Source: Syntrophales bacterium (lineage in GTDB: Bacteria; Desulfobacterota; Syntrophia; Syntrophales; UBA2210). Taken from it: a DNA stretch of 64,000 bases. Location: the NCBI GenBank assembly GCA_963666365.2, contig CAXXNF010000001.1, forward strand, positions 640,001 through 704,000, written 5' to 3'. Below are positions 39,456 through 49,800 of this stretch, one piece after another. Numbering within the stretch: the first letter of the stretch is position 1; each line of letters opens with the position of its first letter. The translations under genes and the position numbers were made by a program. The notes beneath the pieces are model-generated. The model was not told the origin of the DNA. It searched no databases and saw only the letters and a program-made list of their open reading frames with translations.

Positions 39456-40655
39456 CTATTTACCTCCCCTGCGCTGCTGATAAAGATAGTCTCCCAGGGC
39501 AATCAGCCGCGCGTCCGCCTGCAACGCACCCACAATCTGCAGACCCGGCCGGTCGGGAGCTGAGGCCGGCGCCGTCAAAGCCGGCCAGCCTGCGACGTTG
39601 GCATGCACCGTGTGGATACACTGTTCGTAAAGGTGGCCCAATGCTTCCGATGTATCAATCAAGGCTGTGTTTTGCACCGGAAAAATCAGTGCGTCGGCCT
39701 GCCTTTCCAGACGTCGGGTATCCTTCACCAGGCGTGCACGGATGCGGCAGGCCTTTTCGTAGGCATCGTAACGCTCAAACTGAAAATAGGCACCCTGCAT
39801 CAGGTAACTTTTTAAAAGGGTTCCAAAAGACGCGCCGCGGCATTGCAGATACATATCGTTCCAGTTTTTGGCGCCCGGTACGCGCTTTCCGAAGCGCACG
39901 GAATCATACCGTCCGGCCGCGGATGAGGCCTCAACTGAACCGACAATCTTATGCACAACCAGACACAGGGCATAGTCCGGCCAGGAAAAAGATTTGACGA
40001 TGAACCCCAACTGACCGAGTCCATCCAATTCCCCGTCGAAGGCGCTCCGTTCGGACGCGGAGAGTGCAGACAGGGATTCTTCGATGACGCCCAGTGTCAT
40101 TTTTTTCGAGTCAAGGTCCTTCAATGGAATATCGGAGAAATCCAGATCGGGCTGAGAAAAATCCCGTTCGTCAACCCCGGCGACGCCTTTGACCACTGCA
40201 CGGATATCACCGGGCGTCTTTGCCAGAATCCCACAGACTTCCATCGATGGAATCAAGCCGGCAATCCCCAGACGGGGAATCAGGCCCCAGGACGGTTTGA
40301 ACCCCCAAAGCCCGGCACGCTCTGCGGCCAGGCGCGCCTCTCCTGCCAGATCCAGCATGATCTCCGCGTCCGCCTCTTTTTGTTCAACGGCCCTGCCGGC
40401 GCCGCTGCTTCCATTGATGCCGAAGCCGAATTCACTTGTGTGCGTCAAGCCCGATATCACCGCGCCGTTCCTTCTGAGTCGCTCTACGACAGCGGCGTCT
40501 TCCAGGGCCTTAAAACCGTTCAGCGCCTCTGAACCCGCCTCCATGGGCCAGCCTGCAACGGCGATGTTCGATTGAAGGGCAACTGCCATGCCGGCAAGCG
40601 GACCGCCGGCGCCTTCAGATACGTTCGGATTGCGATAGAAAAAACTTTTTTTCAT
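39456..40655 (-). CDS. gatA: GatA-like amidase-signature protein with degenerate catalytic residues
   Basis: GPLAG, SEFGFG, GFKPSWG, EASSAAGRYDSVRFG, ANVAGWPA; lies between aspS-gatC and gatB. The Lys and Ser catalytic positions are substituted. Confidence 0.85.
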   Translation of the reverse strand: MKKSFFYRNPNVSEGAGGPLAGMAVALQSNIAVAGWPMEAGSEALNGFKALEDAAVVERLRRNGAVISGLTHTSEFGFGINGSSGAGRAVEQKEADAEIMLDLAGEARLAAERAGLWGFKPSWGLIPRLGIAGLIPSMEVCGILAKTPGDIRAVVKGVAGVDERDFSQPDLDFSDIPLKDLDSKKMTLGVIEESLSALSASERSAFDGELDGLGQLGFIVKSFSWPDYALCLVVHKIVGSVEASSAAGRYDSVRFGKRVPGAKNWNDMYLQCRGASFGTLLKSYLMQGAYFQFERYDAYEKACRIRARLVKDTRRLERQADALIFPVQNTALIDTSEALGHLYEQCIHTVHANVAGWPALTAPASAPDRPGLQIVGALQADARLIALGDYLYQQRRGGK

Positions 40656-40665
40656 AGATAATCCC

Positions 40666-42786
40666 TTATTCCAGAATACTGGCAACTTTAAAAAAATTGC
40701 CTTTGACCGCCGGGGCGTTCTGGAGCAGAACGCCTGTTTCAGCCATAACCGAGCGTTTTGCGGTCAGCCCGGGCCGCGTGCGGTGCGTCGCGGGCAACAC
40801 CGAACGGATCGGTTCATCGTTTCCCGCCCTGTCGCAGGCAACCTCCGCCAGCGACTGAGCCTGCGAGAGCACCGCTTCCAAAATCGCCCGCTCCTCGGTC
40901 GCGATACCGATGCGCGACACCCAGGACAGACGGTCCAGCATATTTTCTTTTTCCGTGGTTCCGGGCAGCACATCCTTGCCGCCCAAATTCAGAAGGCCCA
41001 GTTCGGCCAACTGTTCCCGTTCAACGACGGACGGCGCCCCGGTGAGCGGGCAACCGGCGGAACGGTTTTTCGGGAAGGCGATGACCTCGCGAATGGACTG
41101 CGTTTTGAGAATCATCGACACCACACGGTCCATGCCCAGCGCGAGGCCCCCGTGGGGCGGCGCACCATAATCAAAAGCCCTCAGGAAGAAACCGAATTTT
41201 TCCCGCATGTCCTTTTCGGTAAGCCCCAGTGCCGTGAATATTTTACGCTGGAGGTCGCGGTTGCTGATACGAATGCTTCCGCCGCCCAGTTCCTCTCCGT
41301 TCATCACCAGGTCGTAGGCGCGGGAACGCAGGCTGAGCAGTTCTTCCACATTTTTCGGATCGAAATCCGTCCGGTCCGGCGCCGTGAAGGGATGGTGGCT
41401 CGATGTAACGGCGCCCTCCTCGGCGGCTTCAAAAAGGGGAAATTCCGTGATCCAGACCGGACAAAAGCTGTCTTCGGGAATGAGGTTCAAACGATGCGCC
41501 AGGTGCAGGCGCAGCTGCCCCAACGCGGAGGTGACGGTTGTGTAGGAGGGATCGGCCACCATAATCAGCACATCGCCGTCTTCCACGTCAAAACGCTTCT
41601 TGAGCAGGACCAGTTCCGCTTCGCTGAAAAACCGGACAATATTGGATTCCAATTTTCCGCCTTCGGCCCGCATCCAGGTCATACCTTTGGCGCCGAAAGA
41701 CGGCGCAATCTCCTTGGCATACTCATTTTGCAGCACATTTTTGCTTAACTGTTCGGATCGGCCCCTGATGTTGATGCCCTTGATGCAACCGCCGCGCTTC
41801 AGTATCTGTTGGAAAATTGAATACTTAGTGTCGGTAAATACATCCGTGACGTCCACGAAACGGAGGCCGAATCGCAAATCGGGCCGGTCAGAACCGGTGG
41901 CGTCCATCGCATCGGCGTAGGTCATGCGCGGAAAAGGCCTGGGAAGATCGATGTCACCCAGCGTAAACATCTGAACCGTCAGCTCCTCGATCAGCTCATA
42001 GAGAAATTCCTCGTCGATAAAAGACGCTTCCAGATCGAGCTGTGTGAATTCCGGCTGACGGTTGGGACGCAAATCCTCGTCGCGGAAACAGCGGGCCAGT
42101 TGAAAATAACGCTCCAGGCCGCCGATCATCAGCAGTTGCTTGAACAGCTGCGGCGACTGGGGCAGGGCGTAGAAGCTTCCCGGATGCACACGGCTGGGTA
42201 CCAGATAGTCGCGGGCGCCTTCGGGGGTGCTCATCGTAAGCACGGGCGTTTCCACTTCCACAAAGCCCCGCTCATCGAGAAACCGGCGTACACACTGGAA
42301 AATCTTGTGCCGCAACCGCAGATTGTTTTGCATGACGGGGCGGCGGATATCGAGGTAGCGGTACTGCAAGCGCAGCTCTTCCGAAACCTGCTCCGTGCCT
42401 GACGTTTCGGCGCCCGCTACCATGGCCTTGTCGGATATGACAAAGGGCAGAGGATCGGAGTCGGCCAGCACGGTTACATTCTGTGCAATGACTTCAACAT
42501 CTCCGGTTTCGATATGGGGGTTTTCCGTCCCGGAACGCCGCCTTGTGACTTCGCCTTCCACGGTGACGCAATACTCCGCCCGCAGTGCCGAGGCCGCCTC
42601 GCATACATCCCCGGGGGCAATCTCCGGATTAAAGACAATCTGCACGATGCCGCTGCGATCACGCAGATGAATGAAGATAAGACCGCCGTGATCGCGGTAG
42701 GCATCCACCCATCCGCACAGTTGTACCTGTTGACCAATTTTTTCAGCCGAAATGGCGCCGCAAAAAATCCTCCCGGAAAAGCTCAT
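40666..42786 (-). CDS. aspS: Non-discriminating aspartyl-tRNA synthetase with a C-terminal GatC-like domain
   Basis: RDHGG, LRLQYRYLDIRR, TPEGARDYLVPSR, CFRDEDLR..RQPEFTQLD, APPHGGLALGMDR. The last ~95 aa end LLQNAPAVKGNFFKVASILE, a GatC-type C-terminus. Confidence 0.95.
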   Translation of the reverse strand: MSFSGRIFCGAISAEKIGQQVQLCGWVDAYRDHGGLIFIHLRDRSGIVQIVFNPEIAPGDVCEAASALRAEYCVTVEGEVTRRRSGTENPHIETGDVEVIAQNVTVLADSDPLPFVISDKAMVAGAETSGTEQVSEELRLQYRYLDIRRPVMQNNLRLRHKIFQCVRRFLDERGFVEVETPVLTMSTPEGARDYLVPSRVHPGSFYALPQSPQLFKQLLMIGGLERYFQLARCFRDEDLRPNRQPEFTQLDLEASFIDEEFLYELIEELTVQMFTLGDIDLPRPFPRMTYADAMDATGSDRPDLRFGLRFVDVTDVFTDTKYSIFQQILKRGGCIKGINIRGRSEQLSKNVLQNEYAKEIAPSFGAKGMTWMRAEGGKLESNIVRFFSEAELVLLKKRFDVEDGDVLIMVADPSYTTVTSALGQLRLHLAHRLNLIPEDSFCPVWITEFPLFEAAEEGAVTSSHHPFTAPDRTDFDPKNVEELLSLRSRAYDLVMNGEELGGGSIRISNRDLQRKIFTALGLTEKDMREKFGFFLRAFDYGAPPHGGLALGMDRVVSMILKTQSIREVIAFPKNRSAGCPLTGAPSVVEREQLAELGLLNLGGKDVLPGTTEKENMLDRLSWVSRIGIATEERAILEAVLSQAQSLAEVACDRAGNDEPIRSVLPATHRTRPGLTAKRSVMAETGVLLQNAPAVKGNFFKVASILE

Positions 42787-42953
42787 ACAATATATATCCT
42801 TTCTGCTGGAATCGCGTGACGCATACCCGCCTCCCTGGCATGGCTAAAATCCTACCGCTACAGACGGGGATCTCTGCGCGCCGGCGTTGCATTCAACGGC
42901 GCGAGTACTTTTTTTCTTTTACCCCCCCCATCTCCGGGATCGCCGTCCGGGAC

Positions 42954-42982
42954 AGCATAATGCGCATGCCATCCATTGTCAA
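42954..42982 (-). promoter_or_regulatory. Sigma-70-type promoter of the aspS-gatA-gatB operon
   Basis: TTGACA-17 nt-TATGCT on the minus strand, leaving a leader of about 160 nt. Confidence 0.65.
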
Positions 42983-43060
42983 GGCCGCAGAACCTTTAGA
43001 AAAGAAAACATGGTTGTAGTGTGTCGGATGGCCCGTTCCTCCGGTGTCTCGAGTGGGTCA

Positions 43061-43681
43061 TCAGGAGCAGTGCGCCGTCCACTGATCCATTTCGCGGAAA
43101 AAAGAGTCTGCATCCCTGTAGTGCACGGCCTTCCAACCTTTCTGCCGCGCCCGTTCGACATGCCCGGGGTGATCATCGACAAACACTATCCTTTCAGCAG
43201 GTCGCTTAATCCGGGCAGCGATATCGTCAAATAATGAGGCGTCGCGCTTGCCCTTCCCGATATGGTAGCTGTTGAACACATAGTCGAAGAACTTGAAGAA
43301 ATCATAGGCGGCGTTGAGTTCATCGAGCATATCGATCTGATCGCTCAAGATTCCCACAATCAGATTGCATCCCCTGAGTCGCTTCACGTAATCGATCATC
43401 CAGTCTCGTACCACAAAACGTGAAAAAATCTCCTGACGCAGGGCAGCTTCGTCACCGGAAATGCCCGTTTTCCCCTTGAGAACCCTCCAGAATTTTTTTT
43501 CAGCACCGACGCCGGTGAGATAACCCGTCTCGTAGGCTGTATCGGCTGCCGCTTCCGCAAGCCAATCGCCGTCCAGTCCCTGTGCGCGGGCGATCGCCGT
43601 AAAGCCGTTCTTCCACCCCTCTTCCGCCAGCACCCCTCCGAAATCGAACATCACCACATCAATTGTTTCAGTCTTCCCCAT
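43061..43681 (-). CDS. HAD-family phosphatase
   Basis: MFDFGGVL (motif I), GILSDQ, SYHIGKGK, FVDD. Confidence 0.88.
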   Translation of the reverse strand: MGKTETIDVVMFDFGGVLAEEGWKNGFTAIARAQGLDGDWLAEAAADTAYETGYLTGVGAEKKFWRVLKGKTGISGDEAALRQEIFSRFVVRDWMIDYVKRLRGCNLIVGILSDQIDMLDELNAAYDFFKFFDYVFNSYHIGKGKRDASLFDDIAARIKRPAERIVFVDDHPGHVERARQKGWKAVHYRDADSFFREMDQWTAHCS

Positions 43682-43760
43682 CGGTTTTTTCTGTCCTTTC
43701 TTCCCTGTCATACCGGTCACTGATTGCCTGAACTTCCCCCCTTTTACTCCCATAATGACC

Positions 43761-43789
43761 TTGACACAAAAAATTTCTCTTCATATAAT
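43761..43789 (+). promoter_or_regulatory. Consensus sigma-70 promoter of the giant surface-protein gene
   Basis: Exact TTGACA-17 nt-TATAAT, 86 nt upstream of the ATG. Confidence 0.8.
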
Positions 43790-43875
43790 GCAAAAAAAGT
43801 AAGTAAATCCTTATTATCACTTCAGACAGAACCTTCTGCCCGCTGACGTTACAAAGCAATGAAGGGACCTTTGTC

Positions 43876-46800
43876 ATGACGCGTACCATAATCAATGCAT
43901 TTTTCATTTCTGCAGTTTGCCTTTTTTGTCCGCTTTTTCTGACACAGAGTACCGCCCTTTCCTGCGCTGTCACTGCACAGTCTGTTCCTTACGGCGTCAA
44001 TTCAGCCGGCGAAACCACGACTGCCGATGCCTGTCTCGACAACTATCCCGGCCTGACCTTTTCTCAGGCGGATTTGTATATTCTGCGGCACCAGCTCGAC
44101 TCCCTCCGCTATAACTATGAAGCCTATCGATCAACCATGTTTCAGCATTTCGAAATGTTTCAAGGCGCCTCGCCTTACAGCAACAAAGTAAATCTGGAAA
44201 CCCTGGGACCGCTCTATTCCGAAGACTACAAAAAGATCCTTCAGTTCGCCTCCGGCAGCGGCAGTGATCCCTCCGCCGCCTCACTGATGGAAGAGGCCAA
44301 GGAAAAGATCAACATGGAGGAGATCGTCGCAACAGCGGGAAGCGAACTGTCGGAGAAACTGCTCGAAATGGCGGGGGTCTCCATCATCCTCATGCCGCTG
44401 GATAAATTCAAACAGTGCGCCCAGTTTCTGGCGACGGCGACACTCGACGGACTGAACGGCATGATGGACAACTTCTATACCGGTGCGGCCGAGCTGTACC
44501 TGTTTCAAGCCTGGGAAGATTCCCAGGGTGATGAAATATACAACCCCAACTACACGCTGGAAGAGAATGCCGATCAGACCGCCCGCGTGATCAACGGCAT
44601 GACGAACGCCATTAACCTGATCGAAACGGCCAACGGCCAGTCTTCTTTCAGTTACAGCGCGTCGGTAAGCGAAAACCAAGCGGCCTGGACGGCGCTGGAA
44701 ACGGCGCTGAACAACCAAAAAGGGCTTATTGCCACACTGGACAGCAAGGCACAGACCACGCGGGGAGAATACGGCCTCGGAAGATCAGTGGTGTGGCAGT
44801 GGACAAGCGAAGCCCTGCAAGCGGTCGATATGGATCCTTTGTCGGATGCGGGAGACGTCAACGGCGACGGCGTGACTGAAATGCTGGCCGATGCCATTCT
44901 GCTGGCCTGGAAGATGGAACTCGATTCGCTGCGCGGGACGATCGACCTGCAGCGCGAACTGATCGATGAGTACACCGTTCCGGAACTGGAACTTCTGTCA
45001 TTCATCGATCCGAATCCCGATTCGGAGATAGACCGATACCCCGTAAGCGATCACGGAAACCTTCCGGCATATACCCATGCACTACCGAACGCGCCGGACT
45101 GGACCGTCGGTCCCTCCGGTTGCGATTTCACCACCATACAGGCGGCCGTTGCCGCCGCTTCTCCCGGCGACGCGATCATGGTGTCGCCCAAAGAGAACAA
45201 TGCCTATTATCAGGAATCCGTCATCATTGATAAGGAAGGGGTGATCCTTTATGGAGATCCCGCGGCTCGCCCCTTTATCGGGACATCCGACGGAACGCCC
45301 CCTCTTCCGTTCGGAATCGAAATCGCCGCCGACAACGTGACGGTCTCCAATCTGATCATTCAACGGACCGTCCGGGGAATAATTGTGAAGGGCAACGGCG
45401 CCGCTGTCGTCAATAATCTCATTCAATGGACTATCTACGGCATTCTCGTCGAAGAGTGTCATGACGGCCTTTTTGCAGGGAATATCGTCGACGAGGCAGT
45501 GGGCCGGGCGATACGGCTAGAGCGCGGCGCCGGCAACACACTTTATTACAATTCATTCAATCTCAAATCGGACGTTGCTGGTACGGCCTGCGCCTACAGC
45601 AGCGGCGTCAATACCTGGGACGACGGCGTCGATACAGGCAACTTCTGGAGCGATTACGACGGATCGGGGATCTATCCCATTGCAGACGGACGAGAGAAAG
45701 ACGACCGTGTATATGGCGCTGCGGCCGTGACACCCGGCGCCACATTGACGGCAAAAACGCTTGTCAGGGGAGCAATGGGCGACGATACGATTGAAGTGGA
45801 TTTTTATTTCGGCAACCCGGACAACGGGGGAATTCTGCTTAATGCCTCGCCGGTCCTGGCCGAGATTCGGGGCAATTACGCCGTTGCCGTGTACGAGTGG
45901 GACACTGCAGGGTTTCTCGGCACACAGGATATTCACGTCCGCATACACGGTGCAGGCGACGGCGTTACGGAAAAAGTCAGAGTCTTTCCCTCCGGTCTAT
46001 GGCCGAGCTCGGCGGCCACTCTTTTCGTAACCGGGTTGCATCTGGAACCCGGGGACGACCTGACCCTTTTCAACGCTATACACTGGATCGATTCACCTTA
46101 CGAAAGTCCGGGAATTACGGTTCCGGACGGTGCATCCCTTTCCCTATCGGGTGTAATCTTTTCCGTACTGGAAAATCTCGCCGTTTCAGTTGCCGCCGAA
46201 GGAGCCTTCTTCTCCCACAATGACGTGAACTGGAATACGGATGTCGATCTCTTTCACAGAGGCGAACGCCTTCTGGAGGAAGGCTTTGCGCCGGTTGTCT
46301 CGAATACTTCCTTGAATCTGGAGCACAACGTTATCAATCTCAGGGGCTGCGGGAACATAGATTGGCAGGGCAGGGACTTTACCGGATATGAAATAACGCT
46401 TTCGAACCTCACCGACCTTAGAATGGAAAACGTGACGGCCGATGCCGTGACGATTACAGACTGCACTTTCGGCGCCTCCGCTCCCGGAACGATCACGAAC
46501 GCTCATATTCCGCTCATTACCCTGCGTAACAGCGATTCGTTCCATATCACCGACAGTGTCTTCGGCGGCAATGGGCGCATTGTCCTGGAACAGGGTATCG
46601 ATAATCTTCAAATCAGCGGAAATACCTTTACTGATATCGAGGGATACGCCATCAGTGGAACAGCCGTGACCGCCGGAAACCTTCTCGTGGAATCGAATAC
46701 CTTCGATAATTGTTTCGGCTGCTTCTCTCTGTCTCTGGCAAGCGACACGACCGGAATCAATTTCCAGGAAAACGACATCACCGGCCTTGCCACGGCGGGC

Positions 46801-49800
46801 TATGCCGGGGTCTATCTAAACGCCTCCACTCTTTTGAACAATAGGGACCTTACTATCACAGGCAACACCTTTGTCAACAGTAGTGCGCACACTGTCAAGG
46901 CAGTCCATCTCGTCAACCTGGACGGAGGGACAATCAAAAATAACACCTTCACCTATGTCGATTACGGGCTCTATCTTCAGGGGTGCCGCAACATCACCGC
47001 CACGGTGAACCGTTTTCTGGAAGGCAGCAACGGATACGACAGCTCAGGTTCAACGAACAACCGGTGGTATGAAAACCGTCTGGGCAACTACTGGAGCGGG
47101 TTTCGTTGCGAAACACCCAATGAGGCAAACCTTCAGGTATTCTCCTGCCCCTATGTCAATGGATTCGGGGTCAACGATCCCTATCCGCTCATCCGCGACA
47201 GGTTGATCGAATCGGTGGTTGCCGTGCCGACAACGGGAAGGACGGAAGAGACATCATCGGGGATATCATGGCCCAACCCGCGTTTTGAGATTCAGCACGA
47301 CGGAAACGTAGTGCTGGATCGCCTTACCGGCCTGATGTGGTGCGCTGAAGGAAACGCCATAGGCGATTTCTGTCCCGGGTTTGATACAGACGATGTTGAA
47401 GGGGACGGCAAAATCACATGGGCCAGGGCGCTCAATTTCATCAACTACGTGAACAGCGGCAACTGTGGCGAAATCTCGGCAGGGTATACCGACTGGCGCC
47501 TTCCTAACATGAACGAACTTGAGAGCCTATGGAATACATCATCTCTGACCATAAAGGATTTTCTGGATAACGCCGGTTTTTCCAATATGCAGTCAGGCAG
47601 ATACTGGTCTTCAACCACCCATTATCCGGATGGATTTGCCTATACTGTTGATTTTACGACAGGAGAAATTGTCATTGAATACTGGAATAACTGCACCTAT
47701 TCTCTAATGGTGCGAGGCGGCGCTGATGGCGGCACGGATCCCGCATATCCCGCAAATATCGCGCAAACCGGACAGATCACCAGTCACATGAACGGAGACG
47801 ACGGTGATCTGCAACGAGGGATTGCCTGGCCTTCCGACCGGTTTGTCGACAACGGCGATGGAACAGTAACGGATGTGCTTACCGGTCTGATGTGGTTTGC
47901 AGAAACCGGCAGGTCATACACCTGGCAGGAAATTCCGGCTGTCATGGAAGCGCTCAACAACGGCACATATCTATTTGACACCAACAGAGGGTACTCGGAC
48001 TGGCGGCTGCCCAGTGTCCAGGAGTTGCTCAGTCTCGATTGTTATTTCAATGTATATCCCGAAGGCTATCTGTATCCCAACGGCGGTATTCCCGATTCTG
48101 TCCTTTTGGATTATGTGTGGAGTGCCACGACCCGACCGGATGACACATCCAAAGCCTATGTCATGAATTTGGGGGACGGGCAGCTCATTTCCGAGAACAA
48201 ACTGGACCCGCACCTCGCATTCATACGATTCATACCCGTCCGCGGCGGCCTGTATCGTCCCGCCGCCGCCACGCGGCTACACATGACCCCCGAGGCACTT
48301 GACTTTGGGGCAGTGGCAATGCTGGGCAGCCAAACGGAACTGTTGGAAGTGCGCAATGACGGAATCAATTCTGCCGCGATTTTCTTAGTTTCACTGATCG
48401 GGGAGCATGCCGACAGCTTTTCCCTGCTCAGCGAGCCGATGCCTCACAGCCTGATTCCGGGAGGAGGAAGCGATACGATAGAAGTAGTGTTCAATCCGAC
48501 GAGCCCCGGTGAAAAACAGGCCCGTCTGATCATCTATTCAGACGATCCGATTACCCTCTGGGACGAGATCCCCCTGAGGGGAACATCGACAGAGCATACC
48601 GTCTCCATCGGGTTCCAGGGTAACGGCAGTGGAGTCATCGAGGCCCATTCCCACTATGACAATCAGACATACAGCTTCTCTGAAAGCGGCACGCTGCAAG
48701 TCGTACCCGGCACCGATGTAACCTTCACGGCAACCCCCGCCGCCGGGTCGCACTTTGACTGCTGGACGGGTCTTCCCGAGGACGTGTCACGCAGTAACCC
48801 CATAACCGTGCGTATCAATGCGGATACGACCGTAACCGCTACGTTTGCCCTGGATACGTTCACGGTGCGCGGGAGCGTCGCCACAGCCGGCGGCGCCATC
48901 AGTCCCTCGGGATCGGTGACGGTAGATTACGGACAGGACCAGGCCTTTACCTTTGCCGCCGATCCTCACTATTTCCTGTCAGACGTCCGTGTCGATGGGG
49001 CATCCGTTGGGACGCCGGACGCGTACACCTTCGAAAACATCAGCGGGGATCACAGCATTACCGCAGATTTTACGTTGATCCCCTACAGCGTCGCTGCAAG
49101 CGCCGGCAATGGCGGCGCCATATCTCCCTCGGGCACTCTGGAGATGAATGTTACCCAAGAGCAGATCTTTGCGATAACACCCGAACCAGGTTATGCCATC
49201 TCCGATCTGCTGGTCGATGGCGTGTCCCAGGGCGCCGTTTCCTCTTACACACTTTCAAACCCGGAAGAAAATCACACCATCGAGGCGGTCTTCGAGACAA
49301 TCGAGTATGCCGTTTCAATTACCCACAGCGGTTTAGGTACGATAGACCCGGCAGGACCTCTGACCATGACGGTGGAGGATACACAGACGCTTCTATTCAC
49401 CCCTGACGCATATTACTGGTATGTCCAGGATGTCCTTGTCAATGGTCAATCCCAGGGGGCAAGTGATGTCTACGAGATCGCAGGCGTAACTGAAAATCTG
49501 GATATTCAGGTGATATTCGAAACGGACTGGCACAGGTTTGAAGCAACGGCAGGAGAAGGGGGAACGGTCTTGCCTATCGGTGAATATTACGTCGCGCCCG
49601 GTGAAACTCGACGCGTTATTATTACCCCCGATGACGGCTATCTGATCGCCGATGTCGTGGTGGACGGCGTCTCTCTTGGGGTGATAGACCGCTATACTTT
49701 TACGAATGTGGACGCGGTCCACTCAATCGAGGCCTCCTTTGTCGCCCATGACCCGTTGCCCCTCTCCCTTCCCAGGACCGGCGCCGATATTTCCTGGTAT

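Noticed and set aside
42787..42950. T-box riboswitch or phase-variable G8 tract in the aspS leader
   Set aside because: No GGTGGNACC T-box core or terminator is visible; the homopolymer at 42922-42929 lies outside the promoter spacer and the coding region.
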